NCBI RefSeq assembly: GCF_009914755.1
Contig: NC_060937.1
Direction: 5' to 3' (one strand)
From: the human T2T-CHM13v2.0 reference genome, Homo sapiens
DNA length: 64,000 nt
Shown here: piece after piece, positions 28,075-41,119 of the stretch
How positions within the stretch are numbered: position 1 is the stretch's first letter
Layout: each line of letters opens with the position of its first letter
Program-made: the position numbers and the translations under genes
The notes under the pieces: model-generated
Told to the model about the DNA's origin: nothing
The model's database searches: none
Seen by the model: the letters and a program-made list of their open reading frames with translations, nothing else

Positions 28075-28255
28075 AACATTTATAGAGCAATTAATTCTGT
28101 GCCATTCTAACTTCATCGGTGTAATGTCATCATGAGGTACAATAGCATTATTATTCCCACTTTACAGATGGGAATTGAGGCATAACACGTAGACGGCTGC
28201 CCACTGTGGAGGAGCTGAACCTTGGCGGTGGGGCCGCAGGGTCTCTCTGCTCCCT
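28075..28255 (-). mobile_element. MIR fragment
   Basis: ttattattcccactttacagatgggaattgaggca (MIR core, reverse). Confidence 0.65.
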
Positions 28256-28533
28256 GTGGGACCGCCCTTTTCTCACTGTTGTGAGCAGGGCTGTTCCTTT
28301 CCAGCAAGATGAACACCGGTGTAAGCGCGTCTTCGTGTCCTTCCATGGATGTTTGTAGAGGTGGAGCTACTGTGTCGAAAGGCATGTGTCTTGGTATTGT
28401 TTGTTTACTGCTAAATTGCCACCGTACGTTTTTCTTCCATGAACAGCCTGCGAATACACCCTGCCATTTGTTTATTGGGCTGTTCATTTTTTTCTCTTGA
28501 TTTGTGAGAGCTCTTTTTATATTAAATAAATTA

Positions 28534-28852
<319 letters not shown>

Positions 28853-28902
28853 CAGACATTGGCCCTTTGACTGATATGCATACTGCAGATAATCCCCCCC
28901 CC

Positions 28903-29040
28903 CTTTTTTTGAGACAGGGTCTTACTCTGTCACCCAGGCTGGAGTGCAGTGCTGTGATCCCGCGTCACTGCAGCCTGGTTCCAGTGATTCTCCCGCCTCA
29001 GAGTGCTGGGACTACAGGCATCAGCCACTGTGACTGGCCT
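28903..29040 (-). mobile_element. Alu monomer (FRAM-like)
   Basis: ~135 bp: ttttttttgagacagggtcttactctgtcacccaggctgg...cagccactgtgactggcc. Confidence 0.75.
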
Positions 29041-30289
29041 CCCAGTTTTTCATTTGTCTTTTGACATTATGGTATACACATACACACATGCGTGTGTGTA
29101 AATACACAAATATATATGTCATTGCATCTTTGTAAATAACGATGTGGCTAAGTCGTTCATCTTTTCCTGAGCCCTGGAGTGCCCCATGCTTTTAAGGGAC
29201 CCCTTCCCCCTTTCCACAGGTATAAGCCTTTCAGGAATTGGTCTAGTATTGGTCATTCATTTGTTAGGAAATTAGGATGTTTCCTTTCTTAGGGCCTCTC
29301 ACTGTAAACCCTGTGTCTGATTATGTCATAAATGGCCTGCCTCGTTTCAAGGTGGGGGACGTCTGGCAGCAGAGAAGTCACAACAGTGACGGCGGCTGTG
29401 TCAGGTGGGGATGTACATGGAGAAGAAAATGGGGCAGGACAGTGGGGCTCGGGGCCGGGAGGAGGGCAGCCTTTTTCTGTGCTGCAGTCAGGAAGGCCTC
29501 CTGCGAGGACCTGTTTGAGCACAGGAGTGACATGCAGCGCCATTCCCAAAGTCTCCTGGGTTCCCGGGGGTGGAGAGTGCAGCTCAGGAGAATCCTCCCG
29601 GCGGGCGCCCCTGTGTGGAGCGGGTACCCCTGTGCCTGGTGGGCGCCCCTGTGCGGAGCGGGCTGTGAGGGACGGGGGCTCCTCTTTCTGTCCCCACCCC
29701 CAGCCTGCTGCCATCGTCTTCAGCACTGAATACGCGTCCGTCTGACGGGTTGTGTATTTCTATGTGAGAAAATTAATGAGGAATTTTACTGAGAGTTGTT
29801 CTGACCATACAAACTTAATTGCCCTTTCAGTGGAATGAACCACACATTTCTACAACACAGAATACCGTAATGTAGTTTAATAGCCTGGAATAGCAGTAGG
29901 ATGCCAAGAATTTACTTTCCACCGCCGATAACCACAGTGTCCTTGCTGGCCATCCTACAATTGCTAAAGAGAATGTAGTTGTCAGTGTAGCATCGGGACT
30001 TTCCAGGAAAGTCAGCCAGGATGCACCCACCTGGGAGTGGCTTCCGCCTGGCCTCCAGCAGCTGCCGAAGGAGCCGTGTCCTTTGGAGTTAATGGAGGGA
30101 CTGGCTGTGTATTCAATCACATATGCTACATGGTCTACACATCCTGCCCACAGGTGAGTTAACAGGTCATCTTTTCATCTTTCACTCTAAGTCTTGGGGC
30201 AGGAGGTAGAAGTCAGTGACATCAGGCCCAGGGTAAATGAGTCAGTGTTCCCAATGACATATACGGTGGCTTACAGTTACCCCGGCCCA

Positions 30290-30870
30290 GACTTTTTTCT
30301 CTCTGTCCCTCCGTCCCTTTGTACCTGCGTGTTATGTGGATGGCGTGCATGTGTCTGCACAGCTGCGTGATGTTCCCCTGTGGACTCAACCTCCCCCGCC
30401 CCTGGCCGCCCCACATCATGGACAGCTGGGCTCCAATCTTCTGCTTTTATAAATAGTGCTGCAGATGCCTTGTGAGTACATCAGCTATATTTCTGCGAGG
30501 ACAGCTTTGGGATCGCTTTGGAGAAGGGAGATTTCTGAGAAGGGGGGTACGTTTGCGGTTTGCTCTGTCAGTGCCGTAGGAGGATGCCTGTTCTCCACCT
30601 ACCTCGCCAGCAGCCTGCGCTGCCCGGCTTGCCAGCTTCTGGGCCTGCCTACCGCTGCTGGATGAGATGCCACGTCCTGTTGTGGTTTTATCTTGTACTT
30701 CTCCTGCTAACAGGCAGGTTGAGAATCTTTTTATGTGTTTAAGTCCATTTGCTGTTCTTTTCTCTTTTTTGAAAAAGAACAGCTTGTTTATATCTTTTGC
30801 CCATCTTTCATTTGGGTTGTGTCTTGAGGAGCTCTTTATATACTTCTTTATTCTTGATATTTTTGTGTGC
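30290..30870 (-). mobile_element. Old L1M fragment
   Basis: ttgtggttttatcttgtacttct, gtttaagtccattt, tgtttatatcttttgcccat, gagctctttatatact. Confidence 0.55.
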
Positions 30871-32229
30871 CTGATTCCTGACATATTTATTATTAATAAT
30901 AATGGAGCAATAAAGTGAGTCACATAAAAAAAATAATGGAGACAGTGATTCCCAGGCCAAGAGACACATAAATTATTTAACTGCAGTCAAACAGGCTTAT
31001 GTTAGAAGCGCTTTTTCCAAAATGCAATGTAGAGTTATTTAAATTTAAAAACATGCTGAGGAATTAAAGAAAGAAGCCATCTATGTTCTTCCTGGGGCAT
31101 CATTTGAGCTCATTACGTGGACACCGCTGCCTCTGAAGCTGGTTCTGCCACACGCCTGACAGGCCGATCACAGCCTGACCTTGACCAGGCAGCATCCAGG
31201 GCGTCGCTGTCTCACCGTGGTCCCCAGTGTTTTGGGATTGAGGAGGGGTTCGGCTTCACTCTCTTCAGCGCCTGGGGCCTTCATCCTGAGCCGCAGTTGG
31301 AGCCACGGTCCCTGCTGCTGAGATGTGAGAAAGGCCTGCGCTGGGGTCTGGGAAATTCGTTTTCTCGCAGAAGGCAGAGAAGGCCGTGGAATAACAGGGC
31401 CGGGTTCTCACTGGCGGGACTGTTCACCTCTGCAATCTGCCCCTTAGTGCCTCGGCTGATTCTTGGTCTTTGGAGACCTGGTCCCCAGTCCCACCTCTGC
31501 ATATGCCTCCAGATAACGCTCGCCATGTTTGGGGTGTATGAGCATGCTCCTTGCGTTCACTGTCACCCAGGCATCCCTCCCAGCGGCCCTGTGAGGCAGG
31601 TGCCACCCCACAGCCCTGCTCTCCCGCCGAGGAAACTGAGTACTGGGCTAATTCACCTGCCAAAGCTGCATGCTTGGAAAGTGGTGCTTAGAGCCAGGCA
31701 GGACTCACTGCGGCTCCTGTGCTCCACGCTGCCCCCCCGAGAGGCAGAACTTTCTCAGGCCACCTTCAGGGCCTCCTGGAGAGGTTGAGCCCCAGACTCC
31801 TGGGAAGCTGTTCCCCCACGTTCTGTACTCCACTCACAGGTGGACCCATCGCCTCCAAAGCCTGTGGGTCTCATTGGCTGGAATGTCTCACACTGCAGGG
31901 CACCTGGCCACCCAGGGGCGTGTCACAAATGCGGGCGGGGGGCAGGGCTCCACCCCACAAGCCTGCTCAGGAGGCCTCTCCACGATCCACAATCGACCAC
32001 CTGTCCATGGAGCTCCGGGAATGCTGGCCCGGCCCCACTGCAGGGCTTCCCCAGCCCTCCTAGACACCCTGCACTTGCCCCTCCCGAGCGCGTGTGCCTG
32101 ACCTGCTCCGCGGTGGGCGCAGAGCTCCTGCCGAGGGCTGGATGGCGCGGACCTGGGCATCGTGGCCTCTGCAGTGCCAGCTGTGCCCTAGTAGCCAGGG
32201 CGCCGTCGTCAGTCCATGGCTCAGGAGGA

Positions 32230-32420
32230 CCACTGTGGGCCGATGAAATGCGACTGTGGACGAGGAAATTGTACTTTCCGAACATTTTCACGTGTCCCCA
32301 AACAGTTACTTTTCTTTTGATTTTTTTCAACCATTTAAGGACGTAAAAGCATTCTCAGTTCATGGACCACACAGACAGGCTGCAGGCTGCACGTGGACTG
32401 GGGGCGGGTCTGTGGGCCTC
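32230..32420 (+). mobile_element. MER58B-like hAT fragment
   Basis: attttcacgtgtc...ttcttttgatttttttcaaccatttaa..gtaaaagcattct. Confidence 0.65.
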
Positions 32421-32711
32421 TGCTTCACAGGTCAGAGGTCGCTGGGTTTTCGTGTCTTCTGCTTTCCATTGCACAGTCCCACCCTCTCCTTGGATCCTAG
32501 AACTCTGCCCAGCTTGGACAGTCTCTCTACACCCAGAGACCGGTTTTCCGCTTCTTGTCTGCGTCCCTTGTAGCAGTCACCCACAGGGCGCTTGCCAGAG
32601 GACGGCCCCGAACTGCCTATGGGATCCCTCCAGGTCCTCTCAGAGCCTCCGTTTCTTGCATGTAAAATTGACACAAGAAGAGCCTCCCTGCAGGACTGCA
32701 GCCAAGGTTAG

Positions 32712-33270
32712 CCAGAACCATTTCCAGTCACGGAACCGTCACTCAGAGCAGCTCCCAGAACCATTTCCAATCATGGAAGCGTCACTCAGAGCGGCTCCTA
32801 GAACCATTTCCAGTCAGGGAAGCATCAATCAGAGCGGCTCCCAGAACCATTTCCGGTCACGGAACCATCACTCAGAGCGGCTCCCAGAACCATTTCCGGT
32901 CACGGAAGCGGCACTCAGAGCGGCTCCCAGAACCATTTCCGGTCACGGAAGCGGCACTCAGAGCGGCTCCCAGAACCATTTCCCGTCACGGAAGCGGCAC
33001 TCAGAGCGGCTCCCAGAACCATTTCCGGTCACGGAAGCGGCACTCAGAGCGGCTCCCAGAACCATTTCCCGTCACGGAAGCGGCACTCAGAGCGGCTCCC
33101 AGAACCATTTCCGGTCACGGAAGCGGCACTCAGAGCGGCTTCCAGAACCATTTCCGGTCACGGAAACGGCACTCAGAGCGGCTCCCAGAACCATTTCCGG
33201 TCACGGAAGCGTCACTCAGAGCAGATTCTAGAATCATTTCCAGTCATGGAAGCATTACTTAGAGCAGCGT
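32712..33270. repeat. 43-bp VNTR, 13 copies
   Basis: ccagaaccatttccggtcacggaagcggcactcagagcggctc every 43 bp from 32712 to 33228. Confidence 0.97.
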
Positions 33271-33959
33271 AAATTTCTTAGCAACCCTGGTGTTGACATA
33301 TGTTGATTATAATGATATCCTTACAACATTAAACTACAAAGCCAAAACCAAAATACAAATTAAATAAAACTTAGTCTGTGAAACAGGTTAGATTCCAGGC
33401 AGGGTCTACGATTCTGGCTGGCTGTGCGAATCGACCTCTGACCCCAAATAACTAAGGGTCATGTCCATCGTTGCGGTGCCTTCAGGAAAGGGGAAAGTGT
33501 TTTTCCTGGCAGTTCTTTCTCTCTAGACCCTGCAGGCCACCTCTCTCACCTGCGTGTTGGGCTTCAGGATCAGGGTCCCCTTCCAGTCCAGGAGAGGCAC
33601 CTGTATCTGCCTTCTGCCCAGAGTGTGTGTGCTTGTTGAGTCTGACCACTCACTGGGGCGCTCTCTTGGTAACAGGGTCCCTGTCACCTAGACCTTACCT
33701 CCCAGGGTCTAGCGGATGGCGGGGCAGGTGGGGGACGGCACGAAAAACAGCAGACACGATTTCAGACCGCTGGTGGCGGCTGAGCTCAGGTGGGCCTCAC
33801 CTGGAGAGCCTGGACGGTGTCAGAGGTGCTTCTTGGCTGGTGGCTGAGGCTTCCCAGATGCCTCTTTGCCTTTCTTCTGGGGCACGGCCCTCTGCACCCC
33901 AGGGCAGCCTGTGTGGTGTCTGACGATTTCCACAGCAGCCAGAGCAGCTTGTGGCAGCC

Positions 33960-34079
33960 GGGGCCTGCTCCCAGCGAGGGGTCTGCTCCCAGCACGGGGC
34001 CTGCTCCCAGCGCGGGGTCTGCTCCCAGCACGTGGTCTGCTCCCAGCACGGGGCCTGCTCCCAGCGCGGGGCCTGCTCC
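33960..34079. repeat. 18-bp minisatellite, ~6.5 copies (gggcctgctcccagcacg)
   Basis: Seen directly. Confidence 0.95.
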
Positions 34080-35123
34080 TAACGCATCCACTACATCTAG
34101 TAATTTACTAGTTGAAATTGTTACATACTAGTTACATCGTTTACAAAATGATCATATTTGAAGAATTAGCTTTCTGTGGATTTAGTCCACATTGATGTGA
34201 GCACCTACTGTACATGAGATAGCATGCTAAGTGCTTTTTATTTATTTAGGCAAAAGATAAAAAGTTACTGCTGCTACGATCTGTAGTGTTACTGGTGGAG
34301 CTATGCAAGCTCGTGGATTTAGGGAGTCCAGCCTACGAGAATGGCCGCCTGTGACAGAAAGCAGGGGCGAGCGTCTGGGAATAGAGCTGTGCTCATGGCA
34401 GAACAAAGACGTGCTGTGTTTCTGGCCTTTGTGTTCTCTCCAGTGGTGAACAAACATAGGAAGCTTTCATCTTCAGAGTAAACAGAAATTCCAAACCCAT
34501 TTCACGCAGCTTTTTCTAGAAGGCAATGTGTTTAATCCACTTGTTTTCCGAGTCTCTTAGTGTCATCACGACTTCCTCTTATGTCGGTGTTAATTACTGT
34601 CACAGGTATTTGCGAAAACTACAAGGTCTATTCAGGTCAAGACTAGCTTCTCTATTTCCACATTTTACTTTGTGTTTCCACAACTGGGCTGTTTTAGACC
34701 TCTGCAGAGGAGAACTGATTTGAATCGGGAAAAGCAGGAGGTCCCCTCACGGAGGTGGACAGGACGCCCACTCCTTTCCCAGGCTGGCCTCCTTGTCTCA
34801 TCCCTCAAGGGAAGGGCCAGGGGCACGGACCAGCAGGCCAGTTGTTCAGTGTTCAGGAATCTCAGGAGACATTGTTAAACATTAAATTACAAAAACAATT
34901 AAGTTGTATTAAAAAGAAAAGTCTTTAAAAATACCTACTCAAAACGTCTTTCTTCCTGATTGTCTTGCTGAGTGTTTCGCTGCAGTCTGTGCTTCCAAGG
35001 ATGGCGTCATGTGTGTGCGGCAGAAAGGCGAGGTTCTGGCAAGAGTGAGTGGCTTTAGGTCTGCACGCTGTGTTAGGGGAGCCAGGGGCCAGCGTGGTGG
35101 GGTTCCCAGAGAGCTGCTTCTGA

Positions 35124-35885
<762 letters not shown>

Positions 35886-38062
35886 TACATTTCTTAAATC
35901 TATCTTGCTAGCTCCTCTCGCACTTGAAATCAAATACTCCAGCAACTAACACTTGTGAAGCATTTTTCAATTTTCCTGCACAGTTACATTATCTCAGAAC
36001 GGTTCATTACCGTGGGGTGTGTGCTCTTCATAAATGCAAACTGATGCAGAAGCAGCCACCAGCCAAAAAATCGGCTTTAGAACGTACAGTTTTGTAGCCT
36101 TCATTTTTTACGTTACATTTTCAGTTAAGATGTGAAAATCATTGAACCAATTCATTTAATAAAAAGTTGAGTAACATTTATATTTTGTCACTTCCGTGGG
36201 TAAACATAACACCAAATACTTCTCTTGTAAAAACAGCAACGTGTGCAGGGTATAGAAATTCATCCATTCCCCTGTCCCCTCTTATCCTTGGTGAGGACTC
36301 AGAGGTTTGCTGCAGAAACATTCGTGCCTGCAAGCAAAGGAAAGGATTAGAGCAGGAGGCGGCTGGGGGAGCTCTGGGTAACTCTGGGTGGATGAGGCCA
36401 CATCCTGCAGCCCTCTGGAGAGGTTCTTCCTGTTGCGTGCTGGGGTTTAAACCTGGATCTGTCTTGCTCTGAAGCAGAGGCTCTCACCTGGGAGCAGTCT
36501 TGTTCCAGCCACCCGCAACACACTTGGCAGAGTCCGGAGACTTCTGACCGTCATGACGGTGGGGGTTGCTCCCAAGACCCTGCTCTGAAGACTTCCTAAC
36601 CTGCGTGCTCTTTCAACAATAGCGCGTGGACACATTTTTAACCTGAGCGATGTAACAAATTCAGCCAGCTGTGACGATGACTTTTCAGTTTTACATTAAC
36701 AGTTCATTGAACTTATACACCAGTAAAACTTCTGTATCACTGTGAAGGGCTCAGCAAATGTACTTTCATTTATTGATGCAGAAATTGGAGATTGGTACTC
36801 TTTATCATCTGCTTACTGTGTAAAGGATGTTTCCAGGATGATCTAGAAGGTTTTCAGTGCCTGTTTTGTAAACTTTTAATTTTTTTAATAGAACAATTTT
36901 ATTTTTTCCTATTTTGCCAAGAAGACAGAATGAAGTCAATTCCGAAATGGCAAATTCTTCTGTTTATAAAATGTTATAAACATTTTATCACCAGATAATC
37001 ACGTTAATTTTTGTAAACGCCCTTGGGTAGGTTATTCGCACAAGTTATGCATTTTTCATGTGAGTTGCTTTTCACTTAAAAAGTGCATGCAACAGAAAGC
37101 ACCACCTTGTCGAATCGATGTGCTGAGCTAATTCCTGTCATCATTAACTGGACAGGAACCGAAGGAAGCCGTCTGGCAATATGCCTTAGGGTGGCAGATG
37201 CAGCTTGGGGCTTAAAGGAAGAGAAATAGAAAGATTTGACTCTGTTGAAGACCAGTGTGTCATCCCCGAGCCGGATTCCATTTAACATCTTATAAACAAA
37301 ACGTGAGTCTTTTCATTTCTCAGTCTTCCGTGTAAGCAATCCAGAAAGTGGGAATAAAAGTAATTTCTCTTGTTTTTCTCTAATTATTCAAAATTCATAG
37401 TAGTACAGTTGAGGAAGGGGCACCTCGCTGTGAGTTTCATGCTTCCCTTCGTCCAGGCGCTGCTGTGTCCTGGGTGCTGTGTGTATAGGGCCCCCGCCGA
37501 GTCCAGTGTGGGTGGCAGAGACGCATCCAGAAGCCCCCAGTAAGTTTAGCATTACCCATTTGGGTGAGGACTATGGAAGAAGAGTTCCTGGTGATTTCAG
37601 TAAAAAAGATGTTTTACATGCCAGATAGAAACATGCTCAAATGATAACAACATGATTTGGGTTGGGTTATTAAGTTGTTTTTTTAATGTTCTTTTTAAAA
37701 AAGATTTGATCTCAATGTAAACAAACTTGCCTAATTTTTTTCAGCTAGTTCACACAGACATTCAATATGCATTCATCAGCTGGCCCTGTTCCCTCTTCTT
37801 GCTCAGAGGCTGGAAGAACTTCCCATGCACCAGGTCATGTTTGCGTAAATATAATTACACTGTATTATGTAAATATAGTTACCAGCATAGTTGTTAACAG
37901 TTCTGCCAATAAATATTTATTGCTTTGATCTGAATTTGATAATCAAACTGAGATTTAAAACACAGTGGCCCGGGAAGAATCAAAGGAAATTGTAACGACA
38001 CATTCCTCATTCCTTCAGTCCACAGGACTTTTTAGATGTTGTTGGGAGGTGGAGTGGGGATG

Positions 38063-38832
38063 ATGACCCCTTAGCCACAGTTTCCCTTTCTGTAGTTTCA
38101 GTTACTCGAGATAACCGAGGTATGAAAATATTAACAGGAAAATTCCAGAAATAAACAATTCCCAAGTTTTAACTTGTGCACCCTTCTGGGGAGCGTGGTG
38201 AAACCTGGCTCCGCCTGCTCCATCGCTCCAGGGACTGAACCCTCCCTTCGTCCAGCGTCTCCAGGCTGCGGACGCTCCCCACCCCCCTTATGGCCTCTCG
38301 GTTATCAGATCCGTGGTCCAGGGGTCGCAGTGCTCGTGTTCAAGGAACCCTCATTTGACTTCATCATGGCCCCAAAGCACAAGAGCAGTGAGGCAGGCAA
38401 TGCGGGTACACCTAAGAGAAGCCAGAAGGTGCTCCTTTAAGTGAAAAGTGAAAGTTCTCGACTTAATAAGGAAAAAGAAAATGGTACGCTCAGCAATCTC
38501 AGGAGATGTTGTTATGTTGCCAAGATCTCCAGTCAGATGGAATCTTCTCTCTGTGAAACTGGGAACAGCATATTGTTATAATTGTTCTATTTTATTATTA
38601 GTTATTGTTAATCTCTTACTGTGCCTAATTTATAAATTAAACTTTATCAGGGGTGTGTGTTCATAGGGAAAACATTGTGTCCATAGGATTCGGTACTCTA
38701 TTGGTTTCAGGAATGCCCTGGGGTCTTGGAAGCACCCCTGAGGATAAAGGGGACATCGTGCACATAGGTTTGGGTACTATCTCGGATTCAGGAATCTCCT
38801 GGGGTCTTGGAGGTGCCCCTGAGGATAAGGGG
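38063..38832 (+). mobile_element. MER44/Tigger7-type DNA transposon with duplicated 3' terminus
   Basis: aaaattccagaaataaacaattc, atggccccaaagcacaagag, cttactgtgcctaatttataaattaaactttatca, ggataaggggg terminus. Confidence 0.8.
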
Positions 38833-40273
38833 GTTGCTGCACCCACACCATTGCACACCTTAGTCTGTCACTTGTCAGCCGGTGTGGCCCCGGCTGGAAC
38901 ACTGTGGCTCATTCTAGCTGTGCTTTTAGAAAATTCTTGAGACACACCTGTTCGGCCAGGTTGCATAGTGAACCTGCAGCAGGGGTGGGGCCTCCCCAGG
39001 GACATTTTGGCCAAGCTGGCATCAGCTGCCCCAGGCTTACAGGCTGAGTGTCACACTCACCTCCTCCCTACTGGAGTCAACTGCCTAGCCCTGTGGGTGT
39101 TTGAGTTCGTGACCTCGATGGAAGATAGAAAGCAGCAGGAAAGACAGTCCCTGTTATCAAGGCATTGTAACCTAAGGTCATGGAGACTCGTGCTTATGAG
39201 GTATATGTGGGTTTTAAGTGTGTGGGAAACCTTCACAGGGCAGCTAACTGCAGACCTCCCAAACCCCTCCTCCTCCTCTGCCCCAGCTCAGGGTGGGCTT
39301 CTGGGCCGGGTCCTGCTGGCCTCCTATCACAGCGAGGTTGGAATCTGTACTGTGGAGACTGTGGCATTTCTGCATCATTCCTGATGCCCGATGCTGAGAT
39401 TAGGAAATCGGTCTCTGAGGCTGAGAGGCAGTTTCTCAGAGTATGAGCTGGGACCTGAAAGGCCGCTGTTGGAAAGACAGCAGCAGCCTGCAGGCCTTTG
39501 TGAGAACTGTCTCTATGGGCCCCCGAGACTGCTGTGCGCCTGATGCAACAATCACTTGTTGACAGGAGGTGTCTTCAGTCCCGGCCGTGGTTCGGAGGAG
39601 ACCACGATAAACTCCTTCAGGATACTGCTCCATCATTTTCCTCACCCGAAGATAAGAGCCAGCTACAGACGGGTGTGTTGGGTGTGACGCAGGCTGGAAA
39701 TGTGCAGAAGTGGTTCATTTTTCTTCCCCTTAACTCCCATGTCCCTGTGGTAAAATTCCATTGCTGTAAAGTCATGAGCTCGAAACCCAGTTATGCTCAG
39801 CTAAGTTCCACGGAATAATTTCATTCAAGATCATAAAACGTAAAACATCACAAACAAAAAGTGTCTCTTTACAAATGCTCACGGTATGACGGGCAGCCCT
39901 CCAGGAGTGGCGTGGAGGCCGGGGCACTCAGTCACGTGTGTGCCGGGAGCACAGGCCTTCCTCGCCGTGCGCGGCTCCTGAGCTCTGAGTGAGGCAGACG
40001 GTGGCAGTGACCCATCCTTTTCTGGTAACTTCTTAGGGGCAAAGAATAAAACCATTCTTCAGTTTGCCCCATTTTATGCCTTTAATTTCAAAAAGCATTT
40101 GACAGACGCAGAAAAGCGCATCCCTGAGCAGCCCTGCGCGGTGGCTGAGTGCCTGCGTCCAGGGAGTTGAGTATAAAGATCTTCTTCCTTCGTGATAATT
40201 TCTATGCCTGCATGTCTTACCATGCCTGATTATAGCAAATCCCAGGTACACGTTATAACAACAGCTATTACGT

Positions 40274-41119
40274 TGTAAACCGAAAACAAAATTCTAAGCC
40301 CCCAACCAACGGAATGGACCTGCATCTTGGCCAAGGGGACCCCAAGGAAATGGGAAAGGCGAGTTCAGGCTCTGATGGGAAGAGGGGCTCGGACAGGCCT
40401 CATCCCACCCTCCTCCCTTTGGACCAGCAGTGACATTAAAACAGAGACCTGAGACTGACAAAACAGACTCTCTGTACCAGTAAGTTTCCAACCTGACTCT
40501 AGTGTACCCTCACATGACCGATAGCAGGCCCTGAGAGAAATTATCTTACCTCAAAATACATTTCATTGACATATTTTGAAATGGCCCCTCACAGCTGTCT
40601 CTTGTGGGGGAAATTTGCATTCTGTAGAGAATCCACTTCCCTTTCCAGCTCTTTTCTGGAGGGTCTGAACCCTTTTAGGCTCTGCTAAGAGACACTCACC
40701 ATCTCTTCTCTCTGAAGCCTGCTACCTGGAGGCATCCTCTACATGGAGGAACCTTGGCTTCCACGACCTCCTTATCTTAACTTCACGCTGACTTCAACTC
40801 TTCGTGCCGAGCTTCACTCTTTCAAGCAGTCGCCAGTCAGGAAATCTTTGAATCCACCTGTGACCTGGAGGCTCCCCCACCCCCTGCTTGGAGATGTTGC
40901 ACCTTCCCAGGCCAAACCAACGCCACCTTCCATGTGTTGGTTTATGTCTTTGCCTGTCACTTCTGTCTCCCTAAAATGTGTCAAATCAAGCTGTGCCCCA
41001 ACCGCCTTGGGCACACGTTCTCAGGACCTCCTGGGGCCATGTCACAGGCCATGGTTTTAACTTTGGCAAAATAAACCCCTAAATTGATTGAGAGCCATTT
41101 CAGATACTTTTTGATATAA
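40274..41119 (+). mobile_element. MER4-group (MER4D/E-like) ERV1 solo LTR
   Basis: Starts tgtaaaccgaaaacaaaattctaagccccc; polyA signal ggcaaaataaac near 41070; ends cagatactttttg...; 4-bp TSD acgt on both sides. Confidence 0.88.
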
